Source of the DNA: Pirellulaceae bacterium
Lineage (GTDB): Bacteria > Planctomycetota > Planctomycetia > Pirellulales > Pirellulaceae
Assembly (NCBI GenBank): GCA_016784735.1
Contig: JADHUC010000115.1
Location: 1 to 31,415, forward strand
DNA: 31,415 nt
Reading direction: 5' to 3'
The notes beneath the pieces were generated by a model. The model worked only from the letters and a program-made list of their open reading frames with translations. It did not search any database and was not told the origin of the DNA. Made by a program: the position numbers and the translations under genes. Positions 26,068 through 31,415 of the stretch are shown piece by piece (the first letter of the stretch is position 1; every line of letters begins with the position of its first letter).

Positions 26068-29000
26068 ATGATAGGTCGGAGAAGCCTCTTTCAGCCACAG
26101 GCGGTTGTGCCACTGGCATTGATCTCTGCAGTCTGTTGGATATCCGCTGCCACGGCAAACGACGCCGAGTCGCCTGGTGACGTTGCACGTGAAATCATCG
26201 AGAAAACAGGCATCAAGGGCGGGTTGATCGTGCATGTAGGTTGTGGCGACGCGAGGCTGACCACATCGCTGCACGCGGGCGAGAGGTATTTGGTGCACGG
26301 ACTGGGCTCGGACGCGGCGGACATCGAACGGGCGCGCGAACATATTCGCTCAATCGGATTGTCCAGCAAGGTGTGGGTTCAACATTGGATGGGCGATCGT
26401 CTGCCGTACGCCGAAAATATGGTAAATCTGGTCGTGGCAAGCGGCGGATGCCAAGTGACAGATGAAGAAATAGCTCGTGTGCTGGCCCCCAACGGTGTCG
26501 CCCTTTTTCTCAATCGACAATCGGCAATCGAAAATCGGAAATGGGTGAAGCCTTGGCCTGACGAGATCGACGAGTGGACCCATTGGCTGCACGGGGCCGA
26601 TGGTAACGCGGTCGCGCAGGACACGGTCGTTGGTCCGCCACGGCGGCTTCAGTGGATCGCCAAACCGTTCTGGTCGCGGCACCACAATACGGCACCCAGC
26701 GTCACCGGTATCGTGTCGGCTCAATGGCGGTTGTTCTATATCGTCGATGAAGCACCGTCGAGCATGGACGGTAGCGCGCCGGACAAATGGGTGCTGGTAG
26801 CACGCGATGCGTTTAACGGCCTGCTGTTGTGGCGCAAGCCGATTCCGCAATGGGGATGGAAAACATGGAGCGCCGAGTGGACGTGCCGCTTTACCGTACC
26901 CACCCACATTCCTCGACGCTTGGTTGCGGTCGGCGACCGTGTCTACGTCACGCTCGGCTTCAACGCTCCGCTTACCGAATTGGATGCGGCAACCGGCGAG
27001 GTGCGGCGCACGTTCGAAGGCACGGACCTCACGGACGAGATCCTTTGCCACGAAGGGCGTTTGATCGTGACGCTGAACAAGGCCAGCCAGCAGCCTGGCG
27101 GGGCCTCGGCCGATCGGCGCGGTGAGGCGGACGAGTCGCCGGTTCGAAAATGGGTGGCTGCCATCGACGTCGAAAGTGGAAGGATGCTTTGGAAAGTCGG
27201 CGACTACGTCGGGCTGCGTTCCAAGACCGGGTCGATGGACCGCATCAGTCATCTGTCGATGTGCGCCGGCGACGGGCAGGTTTTCTTTGTTGACGATGAC
27301 CAGATCGTCAGCTTGGATTTGCAGGACGGTCATGAGGTCTGGCGGGCGGCTCGCCCCGAGGTTCCCGAGAACAAGATTCGCTACAACATTCGCATCACGG
27401 ACATGTGTTCGCTGGTGTATCACGGCGGCTACCTCTTTTTCGCTCAACTGAATCCCGATCGTCACATCGACTGGCGAGAGATTCGCGGACGACTGCATAC
27501 GTTTGACGCGCGCAACGGGAGCGAATTGTGGAATCGGCCGTGTGCTTCGTGGGGATGGGGACATCCGGCCGACGTGTTCGTCGTCGACGGTCTGGTGTGG
27601 GTCCATGACTACCAGGGCGGACCGCGGAGTGCACGCGAAGCGCGACCAAGATCCGCGGCCGACTTGGCGACAGGCAAGTCCTGGGTCGGATCGAAGAGCA
27701 CTTTCGTGGTGGGCCTCGATCCCGCAACCGGTGATACCCGTCGAAAGATCTCAAACTTCAAAGCGTTCAACGACGGGCACCATCATCGCTGCTACCGAAA
27801 CAAGGCCACGCCGCGCTTCATGATGACCAGCTATCGGGGTCTGGAATTCCTGCCTTGGAATGGCGACGAATCACAATTGAACCACTGGGTCCGTGGCACG
27901 TGCCGCCTGGGCGCGATCCCCTGTAACGGCATGGTGTATGCGACGCCGCATCCCTGTAACTGTTATATCAGCTCGAAATTGAACGGCTTCGTGGCGTTGG
28001 CACCGGAAGGTCAGAGGCCAGAAGTCGGAGGTCAGAGGTCAGAAAGACTGGTGAAAGGCTCGGTGTATGGCCAAATCGGCAATCGAAAACCGGCAATCGA
28101 GAATCCCCATGACTGGCCCATGTATCGCCACGATGCTGAGCGAAGTGGGACTACGCCGTCGCCGCTGCAGGCCAATCTGAAGAAGGCGTGGGAAGCGAAC
28201 GTCGGGGGGAAGTCGACCAGTTGCGTTGTGGTTGGCGATACCGTCGTGTTGGCCAATGTCGATTCGCATGAAGTTCTGGCCTTTGATGTCAGCGACGGAA
28301 AGCCAAAATGGCGGTTCACTGCAGACGGCCGAGTGGATACGCCACCGACGGTTTATCAGGGTCAAGCATTCTTCGGCTGCGCGGACGGTTGTGTGTATAA
28401 CGTGCGTCTGTCCGACGGCCAACTTGTCTGGCGCTTTCGCGGTGCGCCGGAACAGCGTCTGGTTGGCGCCCTCGACGGAATCGAGTCTGCCTGGCCCATT
28501 CACGGAAGCGTCTTGGTTCGAAATGGCGTTGTCTACTTTGCTGCTGGACGCTCGTCGTTCTTGGACGGCGGAATTCTCGCGTGTTCGCTTGATGCGCGGA
28601 CTGGAGACGTGCTGTCCGAAGAGTGGTTGGCCACACCGCACTCGATAGAGGTCGACATCGGTCGCAATCCGTTGGCAGACACGGGGCTCCTCTCGGACAT
28701 CCTGGTCAGTCATGGCGACTCGATCTTCATGCGCCGGCGTCAGGTGTTTCCGTCAAAGGAGTCGCAAGATAGCGGTGGACCGCTTCGTTCGACCAGTGGG
28801 CTCCTGGACGATAGCTGGTTCAGTCGTACCCGTTGGCTTCTGAACGACAAGCCATACGCGGAATACTTCGTCTTTGATACCGACTCGGTCTATGGCGTTG
28901 GAGCAAGGGACTCGGCGAGCGACAACGGCGGGTTCTTCGCGCCAGGATCGCGGGGATACGAACTGCTTGCCGTCGGCCGTGCGTCGACCGCGCCGAGTGG

Positions 29001-29343
29001 CGACCAACCGAACGCTAAGCCATCGAGCAAGAAGAAGACAAGCCAAAAGCGCTGGTCTATCCGTGTACCACTTCGAGTGACTTCGCTGGTCCTGGCCGGC
29101 GAGACGCTGTTCGCGGCCGGTACGCCGGACGTGGTCGATCCGAATGAGCCCTGGGCTGCCTACGAAGGAGAACGAGGCGGCGTGCTTCTGGCCATCGCCA
29201 GCGACGACGGGCAAATCCTGGCCGAACACAAACTCGACTCGCCTCCCGTGTTCGACGGGCTGACCGCGGCAAATGCACGACTGTTTGTCACGGCCCTTGA
29301 CGGCAAGGTATTGTGTTTTCAGGGCAATCCGCCGTCGCCCTGA
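26068..29343 (+). CDS. Fusion of SAM-dependent methyltransferase-like domain and PQQ-binding-like beta-propeller, exported
   Basis: IVHVGCGDARLTTSLHAGERYLVHGLGSD...IARVLAPNGVALF, then propeller motifs WQAKPIPQ-like LLLWRKPIPQWG, RLIVTLN...AAIDVESGRMLWKVGDY, DWPMYRHDAERSGTTPSPL, VLAFDVSDGKPKWRFTADGRVDTPPTVYQG. Confidence 0.85.
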   Translation: MIGRRSLFQPQAVVPLALISAVCWISAATANDAESPGDVAREIIEKTGIKGGLIVHVGCGDARLTTSLHAGERYLVHGLGSDAADIERAREHIRSIGLSSKVWVQHWMGDRLPYAENMVNLVVASGGCQVTDEEIARVLAPNGVALFLNRQSAIENRKWVKPWPDEIDEWTHWLHGADGNAVAQDTVVGPPRRLQWIAKPFWSRHHNTAPSVTGIVSAQWRLFYIVDEAPSSMDGSAPDKWVLVARDAFNGLLLWRKPIPQWGWKTWSAEWTCRFTVPTHIPRRLVAVGDRVYVTLGFNAPLTELDAATGEVRRTFEGTDLTDEILCHEGRLIVTLNKASQQPGGASADRRGEADESPVRKWVAAIDVESGRMLWKVGDYVGLRSKTGSMDRISHLSMCAGDGQVFFVDDDQIVSLDLQDGHEVWRAARPEVPENKIRYNIRITDMCSLVYHGGYLFFAQLNPDRHIDWREIRGRLHTFDARNGSELWNRPCASWGWGHPADVFVVDGLVWVHDYQGGPRSAREARPRSAADLATGKSWVGSKSTFVVGLDPATGDTRRKISNFKAFNDGHHHRCYRNKATPRFMMTSYRGLEFLPWNGDESQLNHWVRGTCRLGAIPCNGMVYATPHPCNCYISSKLNGFVALAPEGQRPEVGGQRSERLVKGSVYGQIGNRKPAIENPHDWPMYRHDAERSGTTPSPLQANLKKAWEANVGGKSTSCVVVGDTVVLANVDSHEVLAFDVSDGKPKWRFTADGRVDTPPTVYQGQAFFGCADGCVYNVRLSDGQLVWRFRGAPEQRLVGALDGIESAWPIHGSVLVRNGVVYFAAGRSSFLDGGILACSLDARTGDVLSEEWLATPHSIEVDIGRNPLADTGLLSDILVSHGDSIFMRRRQVFPSKESQDSGGPLRSTSGLLDDSWFSRTRWLLNDKPYAEYFVFDTDSVYGVGARDSASDNGGFFAPGSRGYELLAVGRASTAPSGDQPNAKPSSKKKTSQKRWSIRVPLRVTSLVLAGETLFAAGTPDVVDPNEPWAAYEGERGGVLLAIASDDGQILAEHKLDSPPVFDGLTAANARLFVTALDGKVLCFQGNPPSP
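28009..28046 (+). repeat. Short tandem repeat inside the PQQ-propeller gene
   Basis: GGTCAGAGGCCAGAAGTCGGAGGTCAGAGGTCAGAAAG, translated EGQRPEVGGQRSER, between propeller blocks. Confidence 0.6.
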
Positions 29344-29370
29344 ATCCGAGTGGGATGCAAACCGTACTCA

Positions 29371-29438
29371 ATTCGTTGCCGCCTTGAATTCGTTGGGGTA
29401 AATCCGTCTTACCCAGCGAATTCAGGGCGGCAACGAAT
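29371..29438. repeat. Long imperfect hairpin downstream of the PQQ-propeller gene
   Basis: ATTCGTTGCCGCCTTGAATTCGTTGGGGTAA pairs with TTACCCAGCGAATTCAGGGCGGCAACGAAT. Confidence 0.8.
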
Positions 29439-29522
29439 GAAGTGGCTGTCGCGTCTCGAACACTTGGTGCCATTCCGAAGGCGGGAGGAATAAACTATCA
29501 TTGATATGTTGCTTTCACGGAG

Positions 29523-31058
29523 ATGTCTGGAATGCGAAGATCCAATGTGGAACTGTTCGTCTTAGGCCTTTTGCGAATCGGCGTGGGTTGGCACTTCGCC
29601 TACGAGGGACTTTCGAAACTGTTCGACGGCAATTGGAGTTCCGCGGGCTACCTGGAAAGCACCAACTGGATCGGCGCCGATTTGTTCCATTGGATGGCTG
29701 CCAATCCCACGGTACTGAAGGTCGTTGACGTATCGAACATCTGGGGTCTGATTCTAGTCGGCGGGGCGCTGATGCTGGGCTGCCTGACTCGCGTGGCAGC
29801 CGCGCTGGGAATCGCGATGCTCGCGTTGTACTACGCTGCGCATCCATCATTGTTCGCAGACCCCTCGGGCATGACGGAAGGAACCTACCTGTTCGTCAAT
29901 AAGAACTTGGTCGAGCTACTGGCCCTGTGCGTTGTGGCCGTGCTACCTGCCGGGCGTTTTGGGCTGGACGGCTTGCTGTTCGCATGGCGACGGCGATCCG
30001 TGCATCGGGGCGCCGCGTGCGAGCCTCCGGCCGACTTGGCCGAGCCTGCCTTTGCTTCACCACTCGGACGCCGGCAAGTGCTGGCCAGCTTTCTTGGCGT
30101 GCCCTTCGTCGGTGGCTTTGTCTGGGCCGTGTTGAAGAAACGGGGCTACGAAAGCCACGAGGAGAACCAACTGGCCGCCCGGATCGACGGCCTGAGCGGT
30201 GCCACCATGAAGCCTTTCGAAGTGAAGACTGTGGAAGACCTGAAAGGCCCGATTGACACGGCAAAGATCTGCAATGTCCGTCTCAGTCGTTTGATCCTCG
30301 GCGGGAACCTCATGAACGGCTTCGCCCATGCCCGCGATTTGATCTACGTATCGAATCTGATCCGCGCCTATCACTACCCGGAAAAGATCTTCGAGACATT
30401 CCGGCTGGCCGAAGCGTGTGGTGTCAATACGGTGCTGACCAATCCAAGACTCGCTCCCATGATCACCGAGTACCGGAAGCGCGAGTTTGGCAAGATCCAA
30501 TTCATCGCGCAATGCAAAGGCAACACCGAGAAAGATCTGCTGGAGTCCGTGCGTTACTCGATCGACAACGGTGCCTGTGCCGCCTATGTGCAAGGCGAGG
30601 CTGCGGATAGCTACGTGCGCGACGGCAAATTCGGCACCATCGAGAAGGCGTTGGAGCTAATGCGGGCAGGCGGTCTGCCGGCGGGAATCGGTGGTCACCG
30701 CATCCGGACGATAAAGCTGTGCATCGACCAGGGGTTGGAGTCGGACTTCTGGGTAAAGACGCTGCATCACCACATGTACTGGTCTGCCGACGTGGAGAAT
30801 CAGCAGGACAACATCTGGTGCGAGGATCCGCATGAAACCATTACCTTCATGAACGATTTGCCCCAACCTTGGATTGCCTTCAAGGTACTCGCCGCCGGAG
30901 CCATCAACCCGCGCAGCGGATTCAAGTACGCCTTCAGAAACGGCGCCGATTTCATCTGCGTCGGCATGTACGACTTCCAGATCGTGGACGACGTGAACGT
31001 CGCCCTAACCGCGATCAAAGAAGCAAAGAACCGTGTGCGCCCCTGGCAGGCCGTATAA
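29523..31058 (+). CDS. DoxX-like membrane domain fused to a C-terminal soluble TIM-barrel/aldo-keto-like domain
   Basis: N-term LLRIGVGWHFAYEGLSKLFDGNWSSAGYL...LVEL transmembrane helices. C-term from ~residue 230: AKICNVRLSRLILGGNLMNGFAHARDLIYVSNLIRAYH, DNGACAAYVQG, WIAFKVLAAGAINPRSGFKYAFRNGADFICVGMYDFQIVDDV. Confidence 0.75.
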   Translation: MSGMRRSNVELFVLGLLRIGVGWHFAYEGLSKLFDGNWSSAGYLESTNWIGADLFHWMAANPTVLKVVDVSNIWGLILVGGALMLGCLTRVAAALGIAMLALYYAAHPSLFADPSGMTEGTYLFVNKNLVELLALCVVAVLPAGRFGLDGLLFAWRRRSVHRGAACEPPADLAEPAFASPLGRRQVLASFLGVPFVGGFVWAVLKKRGYESHEENQLAARIDGLSGATMKPFEVKTVEDLKGPIDTAKICNVRLSRLILGGNLMNGFAHARDLIYVSNLIRAYHYPEKIFETFRLAEACGVNTVLTNPRLAPMITEYRKREFGKIQFIAQCKGNTEKDLLESVRYSIDNGACAAYVQGEAADSYVRDGKFGTIEKALELMRAGGLPAGIGGHRIRTIKLCIDQGLESDFWVKTLHHHMYWSADVENQQDNIWCEDPHETITFMNDLPQPWIAFKVLAAGAINPRSGFKYAFRNGADFICVGMYDFQIVDDVNVALTAIKEAKNRVRPWQAV

Positions 31059-31124
31059 CGCCGCGACGAACCATTCGAGCGGATTGACACGAGACCACAA
31101 ATCTCTTCATCTATAACCAACAAT

Positions 31125-31412
31125 CTATAACCAGTCCGAAGAGCAATCTCGTGTCATGAAAACGGCTCGCGGTGGACTCGGTTGAACCATTGGTTTTCGA
31201 AACCTCTTACTGATCTGAAGCCAGCCCGCGAACACAAAAAACAGCAGAGCTACGATCAGCACGAGTGACGTCAGGAGCGAGTTCCTGTAACGAATTCCCA
31301 CCCATTTTGTGCGGCCGTTGAGCAAAAGCAGAACGATCGCCAACATCGGGATGCACAGCGCTCCGACAATCGCGTAGGTCTTCTGCATCGTCTTGAATGG
31401 CACGGCCACCAA
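31125..31412 (-). CDS. Hypothetical small membrane protein near window edge
   Basis: Two hydrophobic helices in a 95 aa frame; N-terminus may lie outside the window. Confidence 0.4.
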   Translation of the reverse strand: MVAVPFKTMQKTYAIVGALCIPMLAIVLLLLNGRTKWVGIRYRNSLLTSLVLIVALLFFVFAGWLQISKRFRKPMVQPSPPRAVFMTRDCSSDWL

Positions 31413-31415
31413 GCC

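Noticed and set aside
26350-27606. 418 aa minus-strand ORF
   Set aside because: Antisense to the methyltransferase/PQQ-propeller gene; no recognisable motif despite its length.
1-31415. Phage defence island, BGC or integrated prophage
   Set aside because: No nuclease, helicase, toxin, NRPS/PKS, integrase or phage structural genes were recognised; the only mobile-element coding trace is the truncated IS630-like fragment.

Overview
The window looks like a planctomycete-type chromosomal segment, judging by gene repertoire (ECF sigma with FecR-like protein, LRR proteins, PQQ propeller, PmoA/DUF6807, TAT-type Gfo/Idh/MocA). The most notable content is at 1.4-6.0 kb. An adjacent pair there matches the mercury-methylation genes hgcA (4488-5636, cap-helix signature NVWCAAGKGTFGT plus C-terminal membrane helices) and hgcB (5671-5982, two [4Fe-4S] motifs including CMECGACAHNCP and a Cys-rich tail). 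Directly upstream is a possible regulatory and redox module: an ECF sigma factor, an unusually Cys/CC-rich zinc-finger/FecR-like protein, and an HMA-like domain fused to a di-haem MauG/cytochrome c peroxidase. That fusion frame is interrupted by one in-frame TGA (3225-3227), with a small hairpin 21 nt downstream. It could be a selenocysteine codon, a nonsense mutation or a sequencing error. Downstream lie a TRAP transporter (DctPQM), an S9 peptidase, a TPR lipoprotein fused in frame to an IS630-like N-terminal remnant, small hypothetical proteins, WD40 and LRR proteins, an oxidoreductase, a PmoA-like protein, a very large LRR protein, a methyltransferase/PQQ-propeller fusion and a DoxX/TIM-barrel-like fusion. 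Several intergenic regions carry inverted-pair palindromes with ~30 nt spacers (REPIN-like), and there is an imperfect 170 bp duplicated upstream region. No rRNA, tRNA or CRISPR array was recognised. All family assignments come from motif reading without database searches.
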